The position numbers and the translations under genes are program-made. A stretch of DNA of 64,000 nucleotides, taken from NCBI GenBank assembly GCA_019038745.1, contig JAHOYV010000005.1, forward strand, positions 4,546 to 68,545. Reading direction: 5' to 3'. The DNA comes from Gemmatimonadales bacterium. Its GTDB lineage: Bacteria > Krumholzibacteriota > Krumholzibacteriia > LZORAL124-64-63. Positions within the stretch are counted from its first letter, which is position 1, and every line of letters begins with the position of its first letter. A model generated the notes under the pieces. It had not been told where the DNA came from and did not search any database. It was given only the letters and a program-made list of their open reading frames with translations. Shown piece by piece: positions 53,424 to 64,000 of this stretch.

Positions 53424-56195
53424 GTGGAGAATCTCAAGAACAAGGCCCAGTACAACTCCGCCGGTATCGAGGAGAAATGGTACCACGCCTGGGAGGAGGC
53501 CGGTTTATTCGGTCCCGACGAATCCCTCGAGGCCGAGCCTTTTGTGATTACCCTGCCCCCGCCCAATGTGACGGGAATTCTGCACATAGGACATTGTTTG
53601 GGCGGTTCCATCCAGGACACCCTGATCCGTTGGGCCCGAATGCGGGGGCACCCCACGGTCTGGGTTCCGGGAACCGATCATGCCAGTATTGCTACCGAAC
53701 AGGTGGTTTCCCGGCAGATGGCCGCTGCCGGAACCTCCAAGCACGAGGCCGGCCGTGATGTCTTTCTGGAACGAGCATGGGCCTGGAAAGAGGAAACCCA
53801 TGGCCGGATTACCAAGCAGATTCGTCGTCTGGGAGCCTCTCTTGACTGGAGCCGTGAGGCCTTCACCATGGACGAGGACCGCAATCGCGCGGTAATAGAG
53901 GCCTTCGTCACCCTGAAGGAAAAGGGGCTGATCTACCGGGACGTCTACCTGGTTAATTGGTGCCCTCACGACCAGACGGCCATCAGTGATGACGAAGTGG
54001 AGTATCGGGAAGTCGAGGGGCACCTTTGGCACATTAAATATCCCCTGGTCGACCAGGAGGGGTACGTCACGGTGGCGACAACTCGTCCCGAGACGTTGTT
54101 CGGCGATACTGCGGTGGCTGTCCATCCGGATGATCCGGAGCGCCGGCATCTGATCGGCCAAATGGTGCATCTACCGCTTACCGATCGGGTCATTCCGGTT
54201 ATTGGCGACCACCACGCCGATCCAGAAAAGGGCACGGGCTTCGTGAAGATCACTCCGGCCCATGATCCCAACGACTTTCTGGTAGGGCAGAGGCATGACC
54301 TGGATAAGGTGATCTGCATGACTCCCCGGGCGTTGATGAACGAAAACGCCGGACAGTTTGAAGGCATGGACTGTGAGACTTGTCGGGCGGCGGTTCTGCA
54401 GGCTTTGGAAGCAGAGGGCTTGTTGGCCAAAACCGAAAAACACATTCACCAGGTGGGGCACCACGACCGGTGTGGGACCATCATCGAACCGTATCTCTCC
54501 CGCCAGTGGTTCCTGCGCATGGACCAGTTGGCCGAACCGGCTGTCAAGGCGGTTGAAGATGGGGAAATTACGCTCTTTCCGGAGCGTTGGGTCGGGGTCT
54601 ACTACAACTGGATGCGAAATATCCGTGATTGGTGCATCAGCCGCCAGCTTTGGTGGGGGCATCGGATTCCCGTCTGGTACTGTGAGGATTGTGGTGAGGG
54701 GATCGCTGCCCGCGAAGCAGTCGAATCCTGCACCACCTGTGCGAGCCGAAATCTCAGGCAGGACGAGGATGTGCTGGATACCTGGTTCAGCAGTTGGTTG
54801 TGGACCTTTTCACCCCTGGGTTGGCCCGCGGCTTCGGATGATATGAAAAAGTACCATCCGACCTCGGTCATGGTTACCGGGGCCGACATCATCTTTTTCT
54901 GGGTAGCCCGGATGGTTATGGCCAGCTACGAATTCCTGGGTGAGAAACCCTTTGGGGAGGTCCTGTTCACCGGGATTGTGCGGGATGAAGAGGGCCGCAA
55001 GATGAGCAAGTCGCTGGGCAACAGTCCCGATCCCATCGACTTGATAGACAAATACGGAGCCGATGCACTGCGCTGCAGCCTCGTGATGCTGACTCCCACC
55101 GGCCAGGACATTTTCTTCAGCGAGACCACCCTTGAGGTGGGCCGCAACTTCTGCAACAAGATTTTTCAAGCCAACCGCCTGGTTCTGGGCATATGGGAGG
55201 AGGCAGGGCTGGATGGGGTCAGGTCGGAGATGAAATCGGCTCCCCGCACCCTGGATCTGGCCTCCCTCGGAACGACTGCCGAGTGGGAAGCCGAACCGGC
55301 GAAGTGTTTTTGTGAGTTGTGGGCTGGAGTTTTCGGTGGAGAGCCTCCGGTGGAGTTGTCCGACGATGAACTGACTCTGGAGGATCGCTGGATTATCAAC
55401 CGTCTCATTCAAACGGTTGAAACCTGTAATGACGGGTTCAGGAAGCGGCGTCTGAACGATGCCTCCTACGAAGTCTTCAACTTCTTTCGCCATGAGTTCT
55501 GCGACTGGTACCTGGAAGCAGTCAAACCCCGCTTGCGGGATGAGGCACAGAGGCCGGCGGCCCTTTGCGTGGCGGTCCTGAACCTGGGCTTGAGTTACAA
55601 ATTATTGCATCCGGTGATGCCCTTTATTACTGAAGAATTGTGGAATTGGCTACCGCCTTCCCAAGGTTTCCTGATGGTGTCCTCCTTTCCTGAATTTACC
55701 GGTGAAGCGCCCTTGGCGGTTGCGGGAAATCGCTTCGAGGAGATCAAGGAAATCGTGGTCGTGATCCGGAATCTGCGCAATGAACTGGGAGTGCAGCCCG
55801 GTAAACGCGGGCGGGCGATTCTTCGGGTTTCGGAGTCCGATCGAGTCCCCGCGCTGGAACAGGACGGGGCCCTGATCGCTCTTCTGTCCAAACTGGAAAC
55901 GGTGACCGTGGTCTGCGGTGGGGACGATCCCCAACCTGCTGGAATCGGAGTGGCCGGCACGGTTGAAATTTTTCTGCCCATGGAGGGATTGGTGGATCTG
56001 GAGAAGGAACGGACCCGTCTTGAAAAGGAACTTGCCAAGGTGGAGGGATGGATCAAGGGTTGCGAGGCAAAGCTCGGCAACTCCAAGTTTACCGCCAATG
56101 CTCCTGAGCAAGTAGTGGCACAACAGAGGTATCTGCTTGAGGAAAACCAGGGCAAGGCTGCCCAGTTGCGGGAACTTCTGGCCGCCCTGGCCTGA
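53424..56195 (+). CDS. valS: valine--tRNA ligase
   Basis: 923 aa with the HIGH motif (PNVTGILHIGHCLG), the KMSKS motif (KMSKSLGN), an editing domain and a C-terminal coiled coil. Confidence 0.95.
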   Translation: MENLKNKAQYNSAGIEEKWYHAWEEAGLFGPDESLEAEPFVITLPPPNVTGILHIGHCLGGSIQDTLIRWARMRGHPTVWVPGTDHASIATEQVVSRQMAAAGTSKHEAGRDVFLERAWAWKEETHGRITKQIRRLGASLDWSREAFTMDEDRNRAVIEAFVTLKEKGLIYRDVYLVNWCPHDQTAISDDEVEYREVEGHLWHIKYPLVDQEGYVTVATTRPETLFGDTAVAVHPDDPERRHLIGQMVHLPLTDRVIPVIGDHHADPEKGTGFVKITPAHDPNDFLVGQRHDLDKVICMTPRALMNENAGQFEGMDCETCRAAVLQALEAEGLLAKTEKHIHQVGHHDRCGTIIEPYLSRQWFLRMDQLAEPAVKAVEDGEITLFPERWVGVYYNWMRNIRDWCISRQLWWGHRIPVWYCEDCGEGIAAREAVESCTTCASRNLRQDEDVLDTWFSSWLWTFSPLGWPAASDDMKKYHPTSVMVTGADIIFFWVARMVMASYEFLGEKPFGEVLFTGIVRDEEGRKMSKSLGNSPDPIDLIDKYGADALRCSLVMLTPTGQDIFFSETTLEVGRNFCNKIFQANRLVLGIWEEAGLDGVRSEMKSAPRTLDLASLGTTAEWEAEPAKCFCELWAGVFGGEPPVELSDDELTLEDRWIINRLIQTVETCNDGFRKRRLNDASYEVFNFFRHEFCDWYLEAVKPRLRDEAQRPAALCVAVLNLGLSYKLLHPVMPFITEELWNWLPPSQGFLMVSSFPEFTGEAPLAVAGNRFEEIKEIVVVIRNLRNELGVQPGKRGRAILRVSESDRVPALEQDGALIALLSKLETVTVVCGGDDPQPAGIGVAGTVEIFLPMEGLVDLEKERTRLEKELAKVEGWIKGCEAKLGNSKFTANAPEQVVAQQRYLLEENQGKAAQLRELLAALA

Positions 56196-56242
56196 TAATG
56201 CCCCAACCCAGTCATGCGCCTGGTCGAAAGAAGGAGTCTCGG

Positions 56243-57289
56243 ATGACCGACCAGCCCGTTTTGAAAACACCGGGTGAACTGCTGCAGGAAGCCAGACAGG
56301 CTGCCGGCTTCGAATTGGGCCTCATGGCGGAGCGGACCAAGATTCCCTTGGCCATTCTCAGGTCCCTGGAACTGGACGAGTACCACAAGGTCAGCGGACC
56401 TCTCTACGTGAACAGTTTTCTGCGTACCTACGCCAACGATTTGGGCTTGGATACGGCCCAAGTGATGGAAGCGTACCGGAAGTTTTCCGGGGAGGTGGTC
56501 CTGAGCGGGTCCGGCCCTGATCCCGAGGCTGTTTGGGTGGATGAGGAGGTTATGATAAGCCGGGTGGGCCCACCGTGGGGAATGATCGGAATTGGGGCAG
56601 GAGGGGTGGTTGTCCTGGTGATTGTTTTGCTCTGGTTGACGAACCTCCGGGGTTGTTCCGCGGGAGATGATGATCCCATGGCCGAGTCCTCCAAAAATCA
56701 CGGATCCCTCCTGGTCGAGGATCAGTCTCCGTCACCGTCTCTTGCCGACGAGGCTCTCCCCCAAGAAGCCCTTCCCAACGAAGTCGTGCCGGATGCTGAA
56801 GAGGTTGTCTCGGCCTCCCCGAAGGAGCTTCCCGTCGCCGACCCTACTGACCGCGTAAATGAAAAAGCCACGGTCACGCAGGTTGATCAACAGGGCTCCG
56901 TCCTGCCTGAAGCGTTGGCCGGAGATGCGGGGGTTCTTTTTCAGGACGGGACTTTGTGGCCGTTAGTTCTACGAATCTTGTGTCGGGAACCCGTCAATGC
57001 ACAAGTGGTTCGAGATGGGGACCGTGATTTTATTGAAATTCTCTGGCCCGCCACAGGCAAATTCTACCCTGACCTACCGAGTGAGGGGATCCGGCAGGGC
57101 CATCCCTACCAAACCCGAAAAGGGCTGGTGATTTACTGGGGAGCTCGGGACCAGTTCAGTCTGAAGCTGGGTCGAACGGATGGAATCGAGGTTTCCGTGA
57201 ACGGTGAGGTCAGAAATATTGAGGATCTTCTGCCAGGACAGGAACTCATCCTTTTCGTCCTTGAGAGAGACAAAAACAACGGATCCTGA
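56243..57289 (+). CDS. RodZ-like cytoskeleton/HTH protein (XRE HTH, TM segment, DUF4115 C-domain)
   Basis: An N-terminal HTH (GELLQEARQAAGFELGLMAERTKIPLAILRSLE) is followed by a single TM segment (GIGAGGVVVLVIVLLWL) and an acidic/Pro linker. The C-terminal beta domain matches the RodZ layout. The track ORF begins at 56198. Confidence 0.5.
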   Translation: MTDQPVLKTPGELLQEARQAAGFELGLMAERTKIPLAILRSLELDEYHKVSGPLYVNSFLRTYANDLGLDTAQVMEAYRKFSGEVVLSGSGPDPEAVWVDEEVMISRVGPPWGMIGIGAGGVVVLVIVLLWLTNLRGCSAGDDDPMAESSKNHGSLLVEDQSPSPSLADEALPQEALPNEVVPDAEEVVSASPKELPVADPTDRVNEKATVTQVDQQGSVLPEALAGDAGVLFQDGTLWPLVLRILCREPVNAQVVRDGDRDFIEILWPATGKFYPDLPSEGIRQGHPYQTRKGLVIYWGARDQFSLKLGRTDGIEVSVNGEVRNIEDLLPGQELILFVLERDKNNGS

Positions 57290-57298
57290 GGTGTTTGC

Positions 57299-59317
57299 AT
57301 GGATCTGTTTAAACTAGTTGCCCCGTTCAAACCCACTGGAGACCAGCCGGAAGCCATTGCTGAGCTCGTCCGGGAAATCCGTGCGGGGACCAGATTTCAG
57401 ACTCTGCTGGGTGTGACGGGTTCAGGCAAGACCTTCACCATGGCCAACGCCATTGCCCAACTTGGGAAACCCGCGCTTGTCTTCAGCCACAACAAGACCC
57501 TCGCTGCTCAACTCTATGGTGAACTGAAGGGTTTTTTCCCAGACAACGCGGTAGAGTACTACATCTCCTACTATGACTACTATCAGCCGGAAGCCTTCAT
57601 CCCCGCCACCAACACGTACATCGAGAAGGACACCAGCATCAACGACGAGATAGAGCGACTGAGGCTAAGGGCTACGAGCAGCCTATTGGCCCGGCGGGAT
57701 GTCATCGTCGTGGCCAGTGTTTCGGCGATCTACGGCGTGGGCAATCCCAGCCGTTTCAAGGAAGGTATCGTGGGACTGCAGGTGGGCCTGACCCTGGACC
57801 GGGACGAGTTGTTGGGCAAGCTGGTGGACATTCAGTATCGGCGCAACGACGGGGGGGCGGATTTCGGTACTTTCCGCGTCAGGGGCGATACAGTGGAGAT
57901 CCGGTCCGCCTTCGAGGAGAGGGTGCTGAGGGTGGAATTTTTCGGGGACGAGGTCGAATCCCTGGTATGGGTAGAACCGCTAACCGGTCGGGCTCTTGAA
58001 CAGGCTCAGAATGCCATGGTTTTTCCCGCTACCCAATTCGTGACCAACAAGGGGGGAATCCCAGGAGTGGTTGACGAAATCGGAAGGGATCTGGAGATCC
58101 GTCTGGGGGAACTGGACGAAGCGGGCAAGACGCTTGAAGCACACCGTCTGGCCTCACGTACCCGGTACGACATGGAGATGATCTCCCAGATCGGTCACTG
58201 TGCCGGGGTGGAGAACTATTCCCGCTACTTCGACGATCGACAAACAGGCCAGAGGCCCGCTTGCCTGATGGACTATTTCCCGGAAGATTTTTTGCTCATC
58301 ATCGACGAGTCACACGCCACGATTCCGCAGATCGGGGCGATGTACCACGGGGACCGTTCGCGTAAGTCGAACCTGGTCGAACACGGCTTCCGCCTGCCCA
58401 GCGCATTGGACAATCGTCCCCTGTTGTTCACGGAATTCGAGCAGATGATCCCCAGCACGATTTTCGTCTCTGCTACTCCTGCTGACTACGAGTTGGAAAA
58501 ATGCGGAGGAGTGGTGGTGGAGCAGGTCATTCGGCCCACCGGACTGGTGGATCCTCCCATCACCGTCCTGCCGGTGCAGCACCAGGTGGATGATCTGTTG
58601 GAGAAGATCAGGGTCGTAACCGCTCGCGGGGAACGGGTTCTGGTCACAACCCTTACCAAAAAAATGTCAGAAGACCTGTCCGACTATCTGGCACAAGCGG
58701 GGGTAAAGGTCACTTACCTGCACTCGGACATCGCGGCTCTGGACCGGATCGAGATTTTGCGCAAATTGCGCCTGGGCGAGAGCGATGTCCTGATCGGGGT
58801 GAATCTATTGCGGGAGGGATTGGACCTGCCCGAAGTTTCACTGGTGGCCATACTGGACGCAGACCGGGAAGGATTCCTGCGCTCGGAGCGAAGCTTGATC
58901 CAGACTTCGGGTCGGGCCGCACGTAATGTGAACGGCGAGGTCATCATGTACGCGGACAAAATCACCCGCAGCATGGCCAGGGCCATCGAAGAAACGGAGC
59001 GTCGTCGGGCCCGTCAATTGGCATACAACGAGGAGCACGGGATCATACCCAGGACGATCGTCAAGAGTCGGGCTGAGATACTGCAATCCACTGCTGCGGC
59101 GGGTGAACGGTCAGAGGAGGCCGTTGGGAAGAGCGAGGAGAAGCCCTGGCAGAAGATACTTGAGCAGGATCTTTCGCCCCGTGACTTGGTCATCATGCTG
59201 CAGGAAGAAATGGAAGCCGCCGCCGAGAAACTTGATTTCGAGAAAGCAGCAGCTTTGCGTGATCGCATGGAAGATCTGAAGGCGCAGTGGGGTATTGGAA
59301 CCCAGGCGAAGGAGTGA
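57299..59317 (+). CDS. uvrB: excinuclease ABC subunit B
   Basis: 672 aa with Walker A GVTGSGKTFTMAN, helicase motifs, and the C-terminal UvrB/UvrC interaction coiled-coil (EKAAALRDRMEDLK). Confidence 0.95.
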   Translation: MDLFKLVAPFKPTGDQPEAIAELVREIRAGTRFQTLLGVTGSGKTFTMANAIAQLGKPALVFSHNKTLAAQLYGELKGFFPDNAVEYYISYYDYYQPEAFIPATNTYIEKDTSINDEIERLRLRATSSLLARRDVIVVASVSAIYGVGNPSRFKEGIVGLQVGLTLDRDELLGKLVDIQYRRNDGGADFGTFRVRGDTVEIRSAFEERVLRVEFFGDEVESLVWVEPLTGRALEQAQNAMVFPATQFVTNKGGIPGVVDEIGRDLEIRLGELDEAGKTLEAHRLASRTRYDMEMISQIGHCAGVENYSRYFDDRQTGQRPACLMDYFPEDFLLIIDESHATIPQIGAMYHGDRSRKSNLVEHGFRLPSALDNRPLLFTEFEQMIPSTIFVSATPADYELEKCGGVVVEQVIRPTGLVDPPITVLPVQHQVDDLLEKIRVVTARGERVLVTTLTKKMSEDLSDYLAQAGVKVTYLHSDIAALDRIEILRKLRLGESDVLIGVNLLREGLDLPEVSLVAILDADREGFLRSERSLIQTSGRAARNVNGEVIMYADKITRSMARAIEETERRRARQLAYNEEHGIIPRTIVKSRAEILQSTAAAGERSEEAVGKSEEKPWQKILEQDLSPRDLVIMLQEEMEAAAEKLDFEKAAALRDRMEDLKAQWGIGTQAKE

Positions 59318-59318
59318 T

Positions 59319-60194
59319 ATGAGTACGGGAAAAGAATTTGGATTTCCCGCCGAAGATTGGACCGGGGAACTGGTCCGCAGGAGTCTGATCGAGGACATCG
59401 GTAGTGGGGATGTGTCGACCGAGGTGACTGTAGGGAGCGATCTTAGGGCCGTGTCTGAAGTAACAGCCAGGCAGGCCGGTGTGGTGGCCGGTCTCCCTCT
59501 TCTGGAAATGCTTTTCAGGGAGTTGGATCCGGAGGTTTCCGTTTCGGTATTGATGCCCGATGGAACTTTTGTGGAACCGGGCGATGTCGTGGCCCGGATC
59601 GAAGGCCCAGCCGGTCCTTTGCTTACGGGAGAGAGAACTGCCTTGAATTTTTTGCAGCACTTGGGTGGAATTGCTTCCCTGACGCGCGAGTATGTGAACC
59701 GTGTGGCCGGGACATCCTGCCTGGTTCTGGATACGCGAAAAACTCTTCCCGGGTATCGACAGCTGGCCAAGTACGCCGTTCGCTGCGGCGGCGGGCACAA
59801 TCACCGCATGGGTCTTTATGACCGAATTATGTTGAAGGACAATCATTGGTCGGCAGGGGGTGGTTCCATCGCCGAGTTGGTGGACCGTTCCAGGCTGCTA
59901 CATCCGGAACTGGATCTTGAAGTCGAGGTCGACACCCTGGAGCAACTGGCGGTGGTTCTGCCTCTTGGGGTGGAGTGGATTCTGCTCGACAATTTCACTC
60001 CCGACTTGACTGCCGAAGCGGTGGGTCTGCGGGATTCGGGAAAATCCAGTACGTTGCTGGAGGCTTCCGGTAATGTGAATCTGGACACGATCGCCGCCTT
60101 TGCCAGGGCCGGAGTGGATGCTGCCTCGGTTGGCCGCCTGACTCATTCCGCACCAGCTCTGGATCTGGGGCTGGACATGGAGAAATCGCAGTGA
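59319..60194 (+). CDS. nadC: nicotinate-nucleotide pyrophosphorylase (carboxylating) / quinolinate phosphoribosyltransferase
   Basis: The likely start is MSTGKEF (the track ORF starts at 59295 inside uvrB). The QPRTase motifs LTGERTALNFLQHLGGIA and IMLKDNH are present. Confidence 0.85.
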   Translation: MSTGKEFGFPAEDWTGELVRRSLIEDIGSGDVSTEVTVGSDLRAVSEVTARQAGVVAGLPLLEMLFRELDPEVSVSVLMPDGTFVEPGDVVARIEGPAGPLLTGERTALNFLQHLGGIASLTREYVNRVAGTSCLVLDTRKTLPGYRQLAKYAVRCGGGHNHRMGLYDRIMLKDNHWSAGGGSIAELVDRSRLLHPELDLEVEVDTLEQLAVVLPLGVEWILLDNFTPDLTAEAVGLRDSGKSSTLLEASGNVNLDTIAAFARAGVDAASVGRLTHSAPALDLGLDMEKSQ

Positions 60195-60222
60195 GGGAAT
60201 CGAACAAAAAGTCGGCTGGCCG

Positions 60223-61149
60223 GTGAAGGACCTGGCCCGCATAGGACCCGTTGGCAGGGATTGGTTCGGATTGGATCATTTCGTCCCGGGACCGCGTTTC
60301 CTGAGAGACGGTGCGGTTCTGTACCTGCTGGACGAGGTCGGCAGCACCAACGATTTCATGCTTGGGCGGGGGGCTGCAGCTCCCGGACGTTTGTGCCGCT
60401 GGGATGGCTGGGGTTGGAAGGCCGAAGAGAGGAGTCGGCTGGAGCCGGTGAAGGATCCCGCTCCGGGGACCGTGGTGGTTTCCCGCCGGCAGAACGCGGG
60501 CCGTGGCCGACAGGGCCGCGCCTGGAGTGATTGCGGCGGTTTGAACCTTACGGTGGTGGTACCTCCTCATCGCGCCTCCTTCGACCGGGGTTTCTCGGTA
60601 TGGCTGGGGTTGTTGACAGTCCTTGTTCTGCGGGAGGAATTTAATGTGGATGCCCGCTTGAAATGGCCCAATGATATCATGGTCGGCGGGCGCAAGCTGG
60701 GAGGGATCCTTGTAGAAACCACCGGCTGCCGATCCCGACCCTCGGTAGCCGCCGGTTTGGGACTGAATCTGACCGCCGGGGTTGCGGATTTTCCGGCCGA
60801 GTTGCAGGGTCGGGCCACCAGTATTTATCTGGAACAAGGGCGTCGGGTCAAGCCTGCCGAGGTATCCGGCCTTTTGGTCGAAAGGGTGGAAAGGGAACTT
60901 GACCGTTTCGAAATGCTGGGCTGGGAACCTTGGCGACCGGTCCTGGCCTGCCTGGATTGCCTGCTTGGCAGGGAAATTATTCTTCGCTCGGGTGGAGCTG
61001 AATTCAAGGGCCAGGCCGGAGGTATCGATGAAAACGGTGGGCTTCTGTTTGAGGATTCCACCGGAGCACGGACGGTCTACAGTGTGGGTGACGTGCACAT
61101 TGTGGCAGACGGTCGTGAGGAATCGTCTCCCGGGAGGAAAACGCAGTGA
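60223..61149 (+). CDS. birA: biotin--[acetyl-CoA-carboxylase] ligase
   Basis: 308 aa with the BPL catalytic-domain motifs QNAGRGRQGRAWSD and KWPNDIMVGGRKLGGIL, plus a C-terminal SH3-like domain. Confidence 0.8.
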   Translation: MKDLARIGPVGRDWFGLDHFVPGPRFLRDGAVLYLLDEVGSTNDFMLGRGAAAPGRLCRWDGWGWKAEERSRLEPVKDPAPGTVVVSRRQNAGRGRQGRAWSDCGGLNLTVVVPPHRASFDRGFSVWLGLLTVLVLREEFNVDARLKWPNDIMVGGRKLGGILVETTGCRSRPSVAAGLGLNLTAGVADFPAELQGRATSIYLEQGRRVKPAEVSGLLVERVERELDRFEMLGWEPWRPVLACLDCLLGREIILRSGGAEFKGQAGGIDENGGLLFEDSTGARTVYSVGDVHIVADGREESSPGRKTQ

Positions 61150-61934
61150 AAGCCCTGCTGATTGACGCTGGAAACTCAAAGATCCGGGTCAAGATTTGGC
61201 CTGGTGTTGCCCGGGGGAATGCTGGCTCGTCAAGCCGAGACCTGGACACGGGGCCGGATCGAGAGGGAGTTGAGCCCCTGGAAATCCAGGCAGAATTTTC
61301 CACTTCCGGGATCGTGGGTGCGGACAAGGGAATTGGACGGGTTCTCGCCTCCTTGAGGGAGGAAAATGGAAATCCTCAGGTCGTTCTGGTTTCGGTGGTT
61401 CCGGCCGTTACAAAGATTCTGAAAGTGCTGTGGAAGGACCTCACCGTCGTCGATCACCTCTGCAATCTTCCTTTCACTTCCTTGGTGCCGGATATGGCTT
61501 CGGTGGGCCCCGATCGAATCTGCAATGTGGCTGCGGCCATGACGGCTGGATTGAGCGATGCCGTGATAGTGGACGCCGGTACCGCCACGACCTTCGATGT
61601 CTTGAGTGAGGGGGTCTTCCTTGGAGGCCTGATCGCTCCCGGGATGGCATTTGCTTCTCGTCAACTAGGTGAAATCGCCGCCCGTTTGGAGCCGGTTCCC
61701 TTTGTCTCTTGCCCTCTTGAACCAGGGAAGGATACCCAATCTGCCATGTCCGGAGGGGCTTGGCATACCGGGATTGGTGGAGTTGAAACGGTGATTGCCG
61801 GATTGCAGAAGGATCGGCCCGGTCTGGTAGTTATCCTTACCGGAGGCCTGGGTCACCATTTGACGGCACCCGGCCGTATCCTTGATCCCGATTGGACTCT
61901 GCGCGGAGCTGCTCAACTGGCTGGTCTTACCTAA
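61146..61934 (+). CDS. coaX: type III pantothenate kinase
   Basis: 262 aa beginning MKALLIDAGNSKIRV (the DxGNT/S ASKHA N-motif). It also has VGPDRICNVAAA and IVDAGTATTFDV. Its start overlaps the birA stop. Confidence 0.8.
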   Translation: MKALLIDAGNSKIRVKIWPGVARGNAGSSSRDLDTGPDREGVEPLEIQAEFSTSGIVGADKGIGRVLASLREENGNPQVVLVSVVPAVTKILKVLWKDLTVVDHLCNLPFTSLVPDMASVGPDRICNVAAAMTAGLSDAVIVDAGTATTFDVLSEGVFLGGLIAPGMAFASRQLGEIAARLEPVPFVSCPLEPGKDTQSAMSGGAWHTGIGGVETVIAGLQKDRPGLVVILTGGLGHHLTAPGRILDPDWTLRGAAQLAGLT

Positions 61935-62080
61935 TTCTCGAGTTGATTAATCAAAAATACAACATTTCCAGTGGCGGAATCCTGCCAATTTGGCACGCCT
62001 GCCAAATGTAACTCAAATTCTGGGAAATTTTTTTGGGAAAACCTTGCGAGTATTTTTGTCTCAGGTATATTTCGCCTCCA

Positions 62081-62107
62081 TTAGCAATCGCGGGTCGAGA
62101 CTGCCAA
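62081..62107 (+). promoter_or_regulatory. degenerate CIRCE-like inverted repeat (HrcA operator candidate) upstream of groES
   Basis: TTAGCAATC-N9-GACTGCCAA compares with CIRCE TTAGCACTC-N9-GAGTGCTAA. The 9-nt spacer is correct and there are 3 mismatches. It lies 60 nt upstream of the groES start, and a possible -35/-10 pair (TTGCGA / TATATT) lies just upstream. Confidence 0.4.
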
Positions 62108-62166
62108 GGTGCATTTGAGCTGAGGCAACCGACCCTGGATCTGAACCCAACGACGGAGGAAATATA

Positions 62167-62457
62167 ATGGCCCTGAACGTCAAGCCCCTGGCTGATCGCG
62201 TGATCGTGGCTCCGATGGAGAAGGAAACGATGAAGGGCGGGATCATCATTCCCGACACCGCCAAAGAGAAGCCCCAGCAAGGCAAGATTGTAGCTGTGGG
62301 CCCTGGTTCGGTCAGCGACAACGGTGAGCGCGTTGCTCCCGAGGTCAAGAAGGGCGATATCGTCCTCTACGGAAAGTATTCCGGCACCGAAGTGAACGTC
62401 GACGGAAACGATTACCTGATTCTGCGGGAGAGCGATGTGCTGGCCATCCTGGGCTAG
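62167..62457 (+). CDS. groES: co-chaperonin GroES
   Basis: 96 aa beginning [45 protein letters not shown], the canonical GroES sequence. Confidence 0.95.
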   Translation: MALNVKPLADRVIVAPMEKETMKGGIIIPDTAKEKPQQGKIVAVGPGSVSDNGERVAPEVKKGDIVLYGKYSGTEVNVDGNDYLILRESDVLAILG

Positions 62458-62517
62458 TGTCTTTCCTGTTCCAAAACGACCAAACTTTGCGGTCCCGGAT
62501 CATGCCGGACCCGCTGA

Positions 62518-64000
<1,483 letters not shown>

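Noticed and set aside
52988-53656. 222-aa minus-strand ORF spanning the valS 5' end
   Set aside because: Antisense to valS and overlapping the upstream hypothetical gene, with Arg/Ser/Gly-rich spurious composition.

Overview
This is a high-GC (~60%) segment of a diderm bacterial chromosome. The order kdsC-kdsD / lpxL-like / lptC-like / lptB / rpoN / hpf / hprK is closely syntenic with the classic proteobacterial kdsD-kdsC-lptC-lptA-lptB-rpoN-hpf-ptsN-rapZ-npr locus. Downstream of hprK, however, sits a complete mannose-family PTS (EIIA-B-C-D, HPr, EI), a PGI/PMI-type sugar-phosphate isomerase and metK. A short sigma-70 factor with a Lys/Ala-rich tail and a 2195-aa outer-membrane protein that resembles the T9SS translocon SprA point to an uncultured lineage related to the FCB superphylum. 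This placement is an inference. Most of the window is core housekeeping: trxB, rplU-rpmA, kdsB-pyrG-kdsA-kdsC-kdsD, lptFG, valS, uvrB, nadC, birA, coaX and groES-groEL. Three accessory-looking stretches stand out. At 19.6-21.6 kb a secreted C-type-lectin-like protein and a PKD-domain lipoprotein each carry a near-identical terminator hairpin. At 24.3-31.9 kb lie the giant SprA-like outer-membrane beta-barrel protein, divergent from lptFG, and an M28/glutaminyl-cyclase-like secreted enzyme. At 32.0-37.1 kb lie an MJ0042 zinc-ribbon protein, an unknown 146-aa protein, an MglA-family Ras-like protein whose G1/G3/G4 motifs are all degenerate (a candidate pseudo-GTPase with long N- and C-terminal extensions), a TPR protein and a UbiA-prenyltransferase / undecaprenyl-diphosphatase pair. 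Other notable loci are a PDZ / multi-TM / PP2C(SpoIIE) sensor phosphatase, a DUF4139 protein flanked by a CheY-like receiver and a polytopic membrane-TPR protein, a DsbD/TlpA/CrcB cluster, a sigma-54-type promoter match upstream of the lpxL-lptC-lptB-rpoN unit, and a degenerate CIRCE operator upstream of groES. No tRNA, rRNA, CRISPR or obvious mobile element was seen. Many long antisense ORFs in the six-frame track are artefacts of the high GC content.
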